From contig OY762911.1 in the NCBI GenBank assembly GCA_963666565.1, forward strand, positions 480,001 through 544,000: a stretch of DNA of 64,000 nucleotides, read 5' to 3'. This DNA comes from Thermoanaerobaculia bacterium. Its GTDB lineage: Bacteria > Acidobacteriota > Thermoanaerobaculia > Multivoradales > Multivoraceae. A program made the position numbers and the translations under genes. Every line of letters begins with the position of its first letter. The stretch's first letter is position 1. Shown in pieces: positions 51,259-60,560 of this stretch. Under the pieces are notes generated by a model, which was not told the origin of the DNA, searched no databases, and worked only from the letters and a program-made list of their open reading frames with translations.

Positions 51259-52256
51259 TGGCGGCCCGGTCCCTGGCAAGCAAGGTCGGCGTCGCGCCGG
51301 CGTGCCGGGCGCTGGGCGTGTCGCGATCGACGTTCTACCGTAGGGCGAGGCCCGCTCCCGGGCGCCAGCTGCCCCGACCCGCGCCCGCCCGGGCGCTGAG
51401 CGAGATCGAGCGGGAGCGGGTCCAGGCGACGCTCGCGTCTCCCCGGTTCGTGGATCGCTCGCCGGCGGAGGTGGTGGCGACGCTGCTGGACGAGGGCCGG
51501 TACCTGTGCTCGGAACGCACGATGTACCGCATCCTGAGCGCGAACGGAGAGGTGAAGGACCGTCGCAACCAGCGGGTCCATCCGCCCTACGCCAAGCCGG
51601 AGTTGGTCGCCACCGCGCCCAACCAGGTCTGGTCGTGGGACATCACCAGGCTGCTCGGCCCGCGGCCCTGGAGCTACTACTACCTCTACGTCCTGCTCGA
51701 CCTTTTCAGCCGCTACGCGGTCGGCTGGATGGTTGCCGACCGCGAGAATGCCGCGCTCGCCCAGAGGCTCATCGAGGAGACCTGCCTCAAGCACGGCGTG
51801 AAACCCTCGGTGCTCACCCTGCACTCCGACCGGGGCGCGCCCATGACCAGCCAGGGCACCGCCCAACTGCTCGCCCGCCTCGGCGTGAACCGATCCCTGG
51901 GCCGACCTCGCGTCAGCGACGACAACCCCTTCTCCGAAGCCCAGTTCAAGACCCTGAAGTACCACCCCGGCTTTCCCGACCGCTTCCCCGACCAGGACGC
52001 GGCGACCGGCTACTGCAGGTCCTTCTTCCCCTGGTACAACACCGAGCACCGGCATGCCGGCATCGCCATGCTGACTCCGGAGACCGTCCACTACGGCCGG
52101 GCCCAAGCCGCGATCGAACAGCGCCAGCGAGCGCTGGGCGCCGCCTGGAGACGCCACCCGGAACGATTCGTCGGCGGCGAGCCGATGCACCAACCCCTGC
52201 CTCAGGCCGTCTGGATCAACAAGCCGAGCCCCGAAGCATCGGAGATGGCTCAGTAA
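51258..52256 (+). CDS. IS3 transposase OrfB
   Basis: Same motifs as copy 1. Confidence 0.92.
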   Translation: MAARSLASKVGVAPACRALGVSRSTFYRRARPAPGRQLPRPAPARALSEIERERVQATLASPRFVDRSPAEVVATLLDEGRYLCSERTMYRILSANGEVKDRRNQRVHPPYAKPELVATAPNQVWSWDITRLLGPRPWSYYYLYVLLDLFSRYAVGWMVADRENAALAQRLIEETCLKHGVKPSVLTLHSDRGAPMTSQGTAQLLARLGVNRSLGRPRVSDDNPFSEAQFKTLKYHPGFPDRFPDQDAATGYCRSFFPWYNTEHRHAGIAMLTPETVHYGRAQAAIEQRQRALGAAWRRHPERFVGGEPMHQPLPQAVWINKPSPEASEMAQ

Positions 52257-52379
52257 ATCCGAGAAGCCCCTGTGTCAAACTCGTTGACAGGTTCCGATGG
52301 CGGACCGGCCCAGGGCGATTCTCTGTGCCGAACTGCAAGCCATCTGTGACGAGATGGCACGTTTGATAGACGAGCATTG

Positions 52380-52820
52380 TCATGGCGGAAGCGGGTTCTT
52401 TATCGCTTGGCGTCCCGCCTGCAAACCCGACCGCATGGCCTGATCGGCGCAGCATTCGAGGAGTCCGGCGCTCCAGCCCGCCGGCCACAGCCCGGTCAGT
52501 GCGCCGCCTCGGGGCGCGCCGCGAGAACTGCTGGCGACACTATGGACCGATGCAGGGAGTGTGGGCGGGACCCCGGGCGACAGGAGCGCGAGCGGCAGGG
52601 GTTGACGGCAAAGCCGACTCAGGCCGAAGAACGCGCCCTGCACCGCAATCACGGTCAGGACCACCCAGAGGCGGAGGTTCGCCAGGTCCTCCTTGGTGGC
52701 GCCGTTCTTCTCGATACTGCGCAGCTTCCCGTCGATGCCGGCGCGCCAGACGTCCATGTCCTGACGCCATGCGAGCCAGTCGTCGGTGATGTTCGGGGTG
52801 TGGTGCTCCAAGGTAGCCAT
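52380..52820 (-). CDS. small coiled-coil plus transmembrane hypothetical protein (3' end uncertain)
   Basis: AGGAGG RBS. MATLEHH...IDGKLRSIEKNGATKEDLANLRLWVVLTVIAV is an ATKEDL-type coil followed by a transmembrane segment. Confidence 0.5.
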   Translation of the reverse strand: MATLEHHTPNITDDWLAWRQDMDVWRAGIDGKLRSIEKNGATKEDLANLRLWVVLTVIAVQGAFFGLSRLCRQPLPLALLSPGVPPTLPASVHSVASSSRGAPRGGALTGLWPAGWSAGLLECCADQAMRSGLQAGRQAIKNPLPP

Positions 52821-52932
52821 CGCTCGGGGTTCCTCCTGGGGCTGGCGCCAGCATACCCGGTACGCTGGCACTTCGGGGCGGTAGCCCTCGGAACCATGCG
52901 CGGCGAACGCTGCAACGCGGGACGCCAGCCAA

Positions 52933-53077
52933 GGTAGCGCCGGCCTCCGGCCGGCGCGTACTCCTGGCCGGCTTCGCCGGAAGCGGGTCGGACCCCGGGT
53001 GGCGCGTCCCCGCGCCACCCGCGTCACAGCCCGAGCGCCCGTGTTCGGGCGGTCGGATGTCAGACCCGCGCACCCGG
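52933..53077 (-). repeat. REP doublet, right boundary of the island, with a nested hairpin insertion
   Basis: GGTAG-CGCCGGCC-TCC-GGCCGGCG, then GCGGGTCGGA|69 bp|AGACCCGCGCACCCGG. Confidence 0.75.
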
Positions 53078-53084
53078 CAGCCGC

Positions 53085-54398
53085 CTACGCTCCCCGGATT
53101 CCCTGCATCCACTTGCCGCGGGTGCGCTTCATCAGCTTCCGCATCTGGCGGTACTGCCGGAGCATCTGGTTCAGTTCCTGCACGGTGCGGCCCGAGCCGC
53201 GGGCGATGCGGCGACGGCGGCTCGCGTTGAGGATCGCCGGGTTGCGCCGTTCGCGCGGGGTCATCGAGTCGATCAGGGCGGTGATGGCGACCAGGCGGCT
53301 CTCGTCGACGGCGCCGGCCAGGTTGGCGCCGCGGAACTGGCCGGGAAGCAGTTCCAGGAGCTGGGACAGCGGCCCCATGCGGCGCAACTGCCGCAACTGG
53401 TCGCGCAGGTCCTCCAGGGTGAACTCCTGGCGGGCGATGCGCTCGGCGAGGCGCTCGGCCTCCTGGCGATCCACGACGCGCTCGGCCTTTTCGATGAGTG
53501 CCAGCGCGTCTCCCATGCCGAGAATCCGGGAAGCGATGCGGTCGGGCGCGAAGGGCTCGAGGTCCTCAAGCTTCTCGCCCACGCCGACGAAGCGCAGCGG
53601 AACCTCGGTCACGCCCCGGAGCGAGAGCGCGGCGCCGCCGCGGGCGTCGCCGTCGAGCTTGGTCATCACCGCGCCGGTGAGCGGCGCGCCCTCGGCGAAG
53701 GCGGCGGCGCTCCGCACCGCGTCCTGGCCCGTCATCGCGTCGCAGACGAACAGCGTCTCGCAGGGAGCGACCCGGTCCGCCAGTTCCCCGAGTTCCTCCA
53801 TCGACTCGGCGTCCACGTGCAGACGGCCCGCCGTGTCGAAGATCAGCGTGTCGAAGCCGCCCTCCCGGGCCGCCGCCAGGGCGCGGTCCGAGAAAGCCGC
53901 GAGCGTCTCTCCGGCCGCCGGCTCGATCACCGCGGCGCCCGCCGCCGCGCCGACCTGCTTCAACTGCTCCACCGCCGCGGCCCGCCGCAGGTCGCCGGCC
54001 GCCAGCACCGGGTTCCGGCCCTGGCCGCGGAGGCGGACCGCCAGCTTGCCCGCCGTCGTCGTCTTGCCCGAGCCCTGGAGGCCGCACAGCAGGACCACCG
54101 CCGGCCGGCCCTCCAGCGCCAGCTCCCCGCCCGGTTCGCCCAGCACGGCCGTCAGTTCGTCGCGGACGATGCGGATCATGTGCTGATCCGGGGTCAGGCT
54201 GCTCAGCACCTCGTCGCCCAGCGCCAGCTCCTGCACCCGGCCGACGAACGACCGGACGACCCGGACGTGAACGTCGGCCTCCAGCAGGGCGAGGCGGATC
54301 TGCCGCACCGCCCGCCGGACGTGATCCTCCGAGATCCGGCCCTCGGAGCGCAGGGACCGGAAGACCCCCTGGAGCTTGTCCTGCAGCCCCTCGAACAT
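53085..54398 (-). CDS. ffh: signal recognition particle protein
   Basis: GLQGSGKTTT, DTAGR and TKLDGDARGG motifs, M domain with RRIARGSG. Confidence 0.96.
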   Translation of the reverse strand: MFEGLQDKLQGVFRSLRSEGRISEDHVRRAVRQIRLALLEADVHVRVVRSFVGRVQELALGDEVLSSLTPDQHMIRIVRDELTAVLGEPGGELALEGRPAVVLLCGLQGSGKTTTAGKLAVRLRGQGRNPVLAAGDLRRAAAVEQLKQVGAAAGAAVIEPAAGETLAAFSDRALAAAREGGFDTLIFDTAGRLHVDAESMEELGELADRVAPCETLFVCDAMTGQDAVRSAAAFAEGAPLTGAVMTKLDGDARGGAALSLRGVTEVPLRFVGVGEKLEDLEPFAPDRIASRILGMGDALALIEKAERVVDRQEAERLAERIARQEFTLEDLRDQLRQLRRMGPLSQLLELLPGQFRGANLAGAVDESRLVAITALIDSMTPRERRNPAILNASRRRRIARGSGRTVQELNQMLRQYRQMRKLMKRTRGKWMQGIRGA

Positions 54399-57049
54399 CA
54401 GCCGAGCCCGGCCCCGGCGCCGCCGGATCGTCGCTGCCCGCCGGATGCGGACAGGGCGGCCGCGTTCCCGGAGGCGTCCCGCACGGCGCGCCGCCGCCGG
54501 CCGAGCGCGACCAGGGCCGGCAGCAGGGTGATCGAGACGAGCGCCGTGGCGACCGCGCCGAGGATGGCGACGATGCCCATCGAGCGCAGTCCCGGGTAGT
54601 GCGACAGCGCCAGCGACCCGAAGCCGACGCTGGTCGACGCCGCGGCCAGCACGATCGCCTTGCCCGTCTCGCCCAGCGACTCGACCAGGCGCTCGTCCTG
54701 AAGCGCCTCCGGTCCGAAACCCACCTCGCGCCAGCGGTGCACCATGTGGACGCCGTAGTCCACGCCGATGCCGATGATCATCGTGACGACGAAGACGTTG
54801 AAGAAGTTCATGTCCAGCCCGATCAGGACCATGATCCCGAGCATCCAGACCACCCCGACCGACAGCGGCAGCAGGGACAGCAACGTGCTCAGCAGCCAGC
54901 GATAGTCCAGGAACAGGAGCAGCGCCACCAGGAGGAAGCCGATGACCGAGGCGGTGACGGCGTCGACCCGGATGCCGTTGCGGAGCCTCTCGCCCACCAC
55001 GCTCACGCCGGAGAGCGCGGCCCGCGGGCCGAGCCGCTCGACGAGTTCCGGCGCTCCGGGCGGCGCGCTCCGGCGCCACATGCCCGGCGGCGGGTACAGG
55101 TAGACGACCAGCTTGTGCTCGTCCTCGTTCCGGCTCATGTAGCGCTCCAGCATCCGCCCCACCTGGGGATTGGCCCGGAGCGCGGAGGGCGTCACCGTCG
55201 TCCGGTCGGCCCCCGCGTCGGCGAGCAGGTCGATGCCGCGCAGGAAGGGCGCGGCCCGGAGGCCCTCCGCCGTCGCGTGCCGCTCGAACAGCGAGCGCAG
55301 GCGTTCCCGGTCGAAGAGCTCCGCGCGCGCGTCGAGCCAGTCGTGGACCGCCGCCTGCCGGGTCGGCGGCGGAACCAGGCTGCCGATCCCGTCCACCGAG
55401 GTCAGGACTCCGCTGTCGACGAGCGCCCGCGCTTCCTCCTCGGCCCGGTTCGAGAGCTCCATGATCTCCTGCTCCGAGGCGCCCGAGAGCACGATCATCG
55501 TGTACCTCAGGCCCGAACCGAAGTGCTCGGCTACCTCGTCCTCGACCTCGACGCCGGGGTTCCCCTGCGGCCGGAGCTCCCGGATCGCGTCCTCGAACTC
55601 CAGGCGCGGCGCGATCGCGCCGGTGGCCGCGGTGACGGCGGCGCAGCAGCATATCGTGGCGACCGGCCGCTCGAAGCTCCAGCGCACCAGCCGGCGGGCG
55701 CCAAGGCCGTGGAGCACCAGCCGGGGCTGGCGCCCGGAGGCCGGACGGTGATCCTCCCGCCAGGCCAGCATCGCCGGCAGCAGCAGCAGCACCGAGACCA
55801 TGCAGAAGAGGATGCCGGTGCCGGTCAGGAGCCCCATCTGGCGCAGTCCGACGAAGTCGGTGACGAGGAACGCGTAGAACGTGGCGGCGGTGGTGATCGC
55901 CCCGGTCCAGACCGCCCGGCCCGAGGAACCGCTCATCGCCACCAGGGCCGCCTCCAGGCCGGCGCCGCGGCGCCGTTCCTCCACGTAGCGGCCGTAGGAG
56001 ACGATGACGAAGTCGATGCCGAGGCCGACCAGCAGCGCCGCGAAGCCGCTGGTCAGGGCGTTCAGTTCGCCCAGCACGGCGCCGGCGAAGCCGAAGGCGA
56101 GCACCAGGCCGAAGGCGAGCGGGATGAAGGCGTAGGCGATCAGGCCGACGCGCCGGAACGCGAGCGCGAACAGCAGCAGGACGCCGGCGAGCGAAGTCGC
56201 CAGGTTCGAGACGAGTCCGCCGACGATCGTCCCCGCGTCGGAGACCGCGGTCACGTAGGTGCCGCCGAAGGCCACTTCGGGTGGCGGCAGCAGGTTACCG
56301 TCCCGGTCCTCGCCGCCGAGTTCGGGCCAGCGCTCCAGCAGATCGCCGGCCAGGCCCTCCACCGCGGCCAGGAGCCGGCGGCCGAACTCGACCTCCTGCG
56401 CCGGTTCCGCCGGCCGCGCAATCAGGAGCGCGCGCGACCGGTCCTCCGAGAGCAGGTAGCCCGTCGACCAGTCGACGTCGAGGCCGCCCCGGGCCAGCTC
56501 GAGCTGATCGAGGAAGACCTCGTGGACGCTCAGCGGATCGAGCAGGAAGAGATCGCGCAGCGCCAGCCCCTCGGGGGTCGCCAGCCGGCGGCTCAGTTCC
56601 TGGACCTGGCGGCGGAGGCCGTCCTCGGTCAACCGGGCCGCGACCTCCTCCCGGGCCTCCTCGTCCAGGTAGACGAAGGCGTGCGCGAAGAAGGTCTCGG
56701 CCAGCTCCTCCAGGTCGCCCAGGTCGTAGTCGACGTAGTCGATCTCCTCGAGCGCCTCCATCGACGATCCGAGTTCCTCGACGAAGTCCAGGTACGGATC
56801 GAGCGGCGCGTCCGGCGGCAGCCGCACCAGGACGAGCAGGTAGTCCAGGCTGCCGAAGTCCTCGATGGTCGACCGGAAGGTCGTGACCACCGGGTCGTCC
56901 TCCGGCAGCAGGTTCAGGATCTCCGTGTCGAAGCGGAGCCGCGTCGCCGACCAGACGCAGAGGACGACCAGCGCCGCCGCGGCCACGAACACGGCGCGGT
57001 GGCGGCGCCGGGCGAAGGCCGCCAGCCAGGCGAGGACGGACTGGATCAT
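54398..57049 (-). CDS. MMPL/RND-family lipid exporter
   Basis: Two repeats with GLGIDF / GIGVDYGVH, 12 transmembrane segments, two large periplasmic loops. Confidence 0.88.
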   Translation of the reverse strand: MIQSVLAWLAAFARRRHRAVFVAAAALVVLCVWSATRLRFDTEILNLLPEDDPVVTTFRSTIEDFGSLDYLLVLVRLPPDAPLDPYLDFVEELGSSMEALEEIDYVDYDLGDLEELAETFFAHAFVYLDEEAREEVAARLTEDGLRRQVQELSRRLATPEGLALRDLFLLDPLSVHEVFLDQLELARGGLDVDWSTGYLLSEDRSRALLIARPAEPAQEVEFGRRLLAAVEGLAGDLLERWPELGGEDRDGNLLPPPEVAFGGTYVTAVSDAGTIVGGLVSNLATSLAGVLLLFALAFRRVGLIAYAFIPLAFGLVLAFGFAGAVLGELNALTSGFAALLVGLGIDFVIVSYGRYVEERRRGAGLEAALVAMSGSSGRAVWTGAITTAATFYAFLVTDFVGLRQMGLLTGTGILFCMVSVLLLLPAMLAWREDHRPASGRQPRLVLHGLGARRLVRWSFERPVATICCCAAVTAATGAIAPRLEFEDAIRELRPQGNPGVEVEDEVAEHFGSGLRYTMIVLSGASEQEIMELSNRAEEEARALVDSGVLTSVDGIGSLVPPPTRQAAVHDWLDARAELFDRERLRSLFERHATAEGLRAAPFLRGIDLLADAGADRTTVTPSALRANPQVGRMLERYMSRNEDEHKLVVYLYPPPGMWRRSAPPGAPELVERLGPRAALSGVSVVGERLRNGIRVDAVTASVIGFLLVALLLFLDYRWLLSTLLSLLPLSVGVVWMLGIMVLIGLDMNFFNVFVVTMIIGIGVDYGVHMVHRWREVGFGPEALQDERLVESLGETGKAIVLAAASTSVGFGSLALSHYPGLRSMGIVAILGAVATALVSITLLPALVALGRRRRAVRDASGNAAALSASGGQRRSGGAGAGLG

Positions 57050-57104
57050 GGCCGCCGTCCCGCGCCGGCCAGGAAGAACGCCGGCGAGGCCGGAGCGCCG
57101 CCGC

Positions 57105-57725
57105 TCATCGCTCCGGGGGCGTCTCGCTGAACGCCTCGAGCACGCGGCGGCCGTTTCGCGCGAAGTACTCGACGCCCGAGTAGAGCGTCGCGGCCAGGGC
57201 CACCCAGAGCGACGCCGGCGCCAGCAGGTCGAACGATCCCAACTGGTCCGAGATGATGAGCAGCGAGATGGCGACGATCTGCGTCACCGTCTTCACCTTG
57301 CCCGCGAAGCTCGCCGCGAGGACGACGTTCTGGGCCGCCGCCAGCGAACGCAGCGAGGAGACCGCGAACTCGCGGGCGACGACGACCACCACCATCCAGG
57401 CCGGCGCCAGCCCGAGGCCGACCAGGGAGATGAAGGCGGCCGAGGTGAGGATCTTGTCGGCGGCCGGGTCGAGCAGCTTGCCGAGCGCCGTCACCTCCTT
57501 GCGGCGCCGGGCGAGGAAGCCGTCCAGGAAGTCGGTGAGCGAGGCGGCCAGGAACAGGCCGAGTCCGATGAACTCCCAGCCGTCGATCCCGGTCAGCAGC
57601 ACCGCCACCAGCAGCGGAACGATCAGGATCCGGCTGAGGGTCAGCGCGTTCGGGACGTTGAGTCCCGCGCGCAGCAACTCGGCCGCGGTCGCGGGCTGCT
57701 CGTGGGCCGCTTCCCGCTCCGTCAC
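57105..57725 (-). CDS. pgsA: CDP-diacylglycerol--glycerol-3-phosphate phosphatidyltransferase
   Basis: PNALTLSR and DFLDGFLARR...GKLLDPAADK motifs. Confidence 0.93.
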   Translation of the reverse strand: MTEREAAHEQPATAAELLRAGLNVPNALTLSRILIVPLLVAVLLTGIDGWEFIGLGLFLAASLTDFLDGFLARRRKEVTALGKLLDPAADKILTSAAFISLVGLGLAPAWMVVVVVAREFAVSSLRSLAAAQNVVLAASFAGKVKTVTQIVAISLLIISDQLGSFDLLAPASLWVALAATLYSGVEYFARNGRRVLEAFSETPPER

Positions 57726-57736
57726 GCGCCCTCCCT

Positions 57737-57846
57737 CCAGGAGCGTACATCGCAGAACGCAGCGGAGCGAGTTCTCCGGCGGCGGCTGCCGATGAGGTGG
57801 GAGCTGGGGCCGAACATGAAGTCTGCGACAGGTCTCGCGGCTCTAG
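57737..57846. mobile_element. 110-bp CTAG-bounded MITE-like element, copy 2 (inverted relative to copy 1)
   Basis: CCAG...CTAG ends, same length as 4956..5065 and alignable to it. Confidence 0.6.
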
Positions 57847-60560
57847 CGGAGGCTGTCTTCGATGAGCCGTTCGGCGGCGGCGAAGGCGGAGGTCAGGTTC
57901 TCGGCCCGCCCCCCGGCCTGGGCGAAGTCGCGGCGGCCGCCGCCGCTGCCCGAGATCGCCGAACCCATCGCCCGCGCCACGGCCGCGGCGTCGACCCGGT
58001 CCTGGAGGTCCTTCGTCACCGAGGCGACGAGCTTCGCCTTGCCGTCGTCCACAGCGCCGAGGACGACGACGCCGGAACCCAGCCGGCTCCGCAGTACGTC
58101 GGCGAGGTTGCGCAGTTCGCCCGCGTTCGAGGCCGGCACCTGGCGCAGGACGACGTCGATCCCGCGAATGGACCGGGCGTCGCCGCCGCCGTCCTGCCCG
58201 GCGGCCGGCTTGCCGTCGCCGGCCAGCAGCCCCAGTCGAAGCTGGGAGAGTTCCTTCTCGGCCGCCCGCAACCGCTCCTTCAGCGCCCGCACCTCGGCCG
58301 CGGCCTGCTCGCCGGACCCTCCGATCTCCCGTTCGAGGCCGGTCAGGAGACGCGCCTGACTCCGCCGCAGACGGTCCGCCCGGTCCCCGGCCAGAGCCTC
58401 GATCCGGCGCACGCCGGCGGCCACGCCGCGCTCGCCGACCAGCGCCACGGGACCGATCTCGCCCGTGTTCCGGACGTGGCAGCCGCCGCAGAGTTCCAGG
58501 CTGAAGCCCGGCACCTCGACGGTTCGGACCCGGTCTCCGTACTTCTCGCCGAACAGCGCCATCGCGCCGGCCGCGACCGCCTCGTCGTAGGAGCGCTCGC
58601 GGATCGCAAGCGGCACGGCGCGCCGCACCCACTCGTTGACCGTGTCCTCGATCGCCTCCGCCTGCTCGTCCGTGACCGGGGCGCCGTGGGTGAAGTCGAA
58701 GCGCAGGCGGTCCGGGTGGACCAGGGAACCGGCCTGGCGCACGCCGGCGCCGAGGTGCCGGCGCAGCGCCGCGTGGAGGAGGTGGGTCGCCGTGTGGTGC
58801 CGCTGGGCGGCTTCCCTCGACTCGCGGTCGACCTGGAGCTCGACCTCGGCCCCGACCTCGACCGCGCCCTCCGAGACCTCGAGCCGGTGAACGACGTAGC
58901 GCCCCCGGCGCTGCGTGTCCACGACCCGCGCCCGGCCGCCGGCTGCCGTCACCAGTCCGACATCGCCGACCTGCCCGCCGGCCTCCGCGTAGAAGGGAGT
59001 GCGGTCGAACACCGCGAGCCCCCGGCCGGTCAACTCCCCGACCGGATCCAGTCGCTCGCCCGTCGTCGCGATCAGGCCGAGGAGCCTTGCCTCGGCTTCG
59101 AGATCGTCGTAACCGACGAATCCCGTCTCGGGCAGACCCCCGGTCCCGGTCGGGGCGGCGCCGCCGGCCGACGGTGCCGGCCCTGACGGCGGCAGGGCGC
59201 CCTCGGACTGGCGCCTCAGCAGCGACTCGATCTCCTTGCCGGCGTCGAGCTGCTTGCGTCCCGTCCGCGAGCGCTCCCGCTGCTCCGCCAGCGCCGCCTC
59301 GAACCCGGCTTCGTCGATCGCGAACCGCTCTTCCTCGGCGATCTCCCGCACCGTTTCGATCGGCAGGCCGAACGTGTCGTAGAGGCGAAAGACCTGCTCG
59401 CCGCCGAGCGTGGACCCGCCCTCGGCGCGCGCCGTCTCGATCGCCTGCTGGACCTTGCCGGCGCCCACGGCCACGGTCTCCAGGAACCGGGTCTCCTCCG
59501 CGGTCATCGTCGCCGCCGACGGTTCGCGGGCTGTCTCCAGTTCCGGATAGTGGCCCGCGAAGGCCTCCTCGAGCGACGGCAGCAGCGACGCCAGGAACGG
59601 GTCCTCGAAGCCCAGCTTCATGCCGTGGCGCGAGGCGCGGCGGAGGATCCGGCGCAGCACGTAGCCGCGCCCCTCGTTGCTCGGCAGCACGCCGTCGGCG
59701 AGCAGGAAGCCGACCGCGCGCAGGTGGTCGGCGACCACCCGCATCGACACGTCGGCTGCCGGGTCGCGGCCGTACTCGCTTCCCGCCGCCCCGGCCACCG
59801 CGGTCAGGATCGTGCCGAACAGGTCCGTGTCGTAGTTCGAGTCGACGCCCTGGAGCACCGCGGCCACCCTCTCCAGGCCCGCGCCGGTGTCGATCGACGG
59901 GTTCGGCAGCGGCTCGCTCCGGCCGTCCTCGTGCCGCTCGAACTGCATGAAGACGAGATTCCAGATCTCGAGGTAGCGGCCCGAATCCGTCCCTTCGTCC
60001 CAGCCGATCTCGGGCTCGCCGGGCGAGGTGTCGACGAAGATCTCGCTGCACGGACCGCACGGGCCGGTGTCGCCCATCGCCCAGAAGTTGTCCTTCTCGC
60101 CGCAGCGCAGAACCCGTTCCGGGGGCAGGCCGGAGATCCGCAGCCACAGGTCCTCGGCCTCGTCGTCCTGCTCGAACACGGTGGCGAAGAGATGCTCCGG
60201 CCTGAGGCCCCAGGGTCCGGTGACCAGCTCCCAGGCCGAGGCGATCGCCTCCTCCTTGAAGTAGTCGCCGAAGGAGAAGTTCCCCAGCATCTCGAAGAAC
60301 GTGTGGTGGCGCGGGCTCGGGCCGACGTTCTCCAGGTCGTTGTGCTTGCCGGACACCCTGAGGCACTTCTGGGAGGTCACGGCGCGCGGCGACTCCGGCT
60401 GTTCGACGCCGAGGAAGAAGTTCTTGAACTGCACCATGCCGGCGTTCACGAACAGCAGGGTCGGATCGTCGCGCGGCACGAGCGGCGAGCTCGCTACCGC
60501 GGCGTGCCCGCGGCCGCCGTAGAAGTCGATGAAGCTCTGCCTGATGTCGCGGCTCAACAT
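57843..60560 (-). CDS. alaS: alanine--tRNA ligase
   Basis: HHTFFEMLGNFS, EIWNLVFMQ, HTATHLLH, ELCGGCH and GGGR..AQAGG motifs. Confidence 0.98.
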   Translation of the reverse strand: MLSRDIRQSFIDFYGGRGHAAVASSPLVPRDDPTLLFVNAGMVQFKNFFLGVEQPESPRAVTSQKCLRVSGKHNDLENVGPSPRHHTFFEMLGNFSFGDYFKEEAIASAWELVTGPWGLRPEHLFATVFEQDDEAEDLWLRISGLPPERVLRCGEKDNFWAMGDTGPCGPCSEIFVDTSPGEPEIGWDEGTDSGRYLEIWNLVFMQFERHEDGRSEPLPNPSIDTGAGLERVAAVLQGVDSNYDTDLFGTILTAVAGAAGSEYGRDPAADVSMRVVADHLRAVGFLLADGVLPSNEGRGYVLRRILRRASRHGMKLGFEDPFLASLLPSLEEAFAGHYPELETAREPSAATMTAEETRFLETVAVGAGKVQQAIETARAEGGSTLGGEQVFRLYDTFGLPIETVREIAEEERFAIDEAGFEAALAEQRERSRTGRKQLDAGKEIESLLRRQSEGALPPSGPAPSAGGAAPTGTGGLPETGFVGYDDLEAEARLLGLIATTGERLDPVGELTGRGLAVFDRTPFYAEAGGQVGDVGLVTAAGGRARVVDTQRRGRYVVHRLEVSEGAVEVGAEVELQVDRESREAAQRHHTATHLLHAALRRHLGAGVRQAGSLVHPDRLRFDFTHGAPVTDEQAEAIEDTVNEWVRRAVPLAIRERSYDEAVAAGAMALFGEKYGDRVRTVEVPGFSLELCGGCHVRNTGEIGPVALVGERGVAAGVRRIEALAGDRADRLRRSQARLLTGLEREIGGSGEQAAAEVRALKERLRAAEKELSQLRLGLLAGDGKPAAGQDGGGDARSIRGIDVVLRQVPASNAGELRNLADVLRSRLGSGVVVLGAVDDGKAKLVASVTKDLQDRVDAAAVARAMGSAISGSGGGRRDFAQAGGRAENLTSAFAAAERLIEDSLR

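Larger units (their letters stand above)
50719..52296 (+). mobile_element. IS3-family insertion sequence, copy 2 (1578 bp, 4-bp TSD ATGG)
   Basis: Near-identical to 22187..23785 but lacks a 21-bp duplication in orfA. ATGG at 50715-18 and 52297-300. Confidence 0.92.
50247..52443 (+). pseudogene. secreted cysteine-rich protein interrupted by an IS3-family element
   Basis: Signal peptide MKKTLTFAAII. Removing the IS and one ATGG gives an in-frame ...CNLAM|ADRPRAILC...KPDRMA* (about 204 aa, stop 52441-43). Confidence 0.75.
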
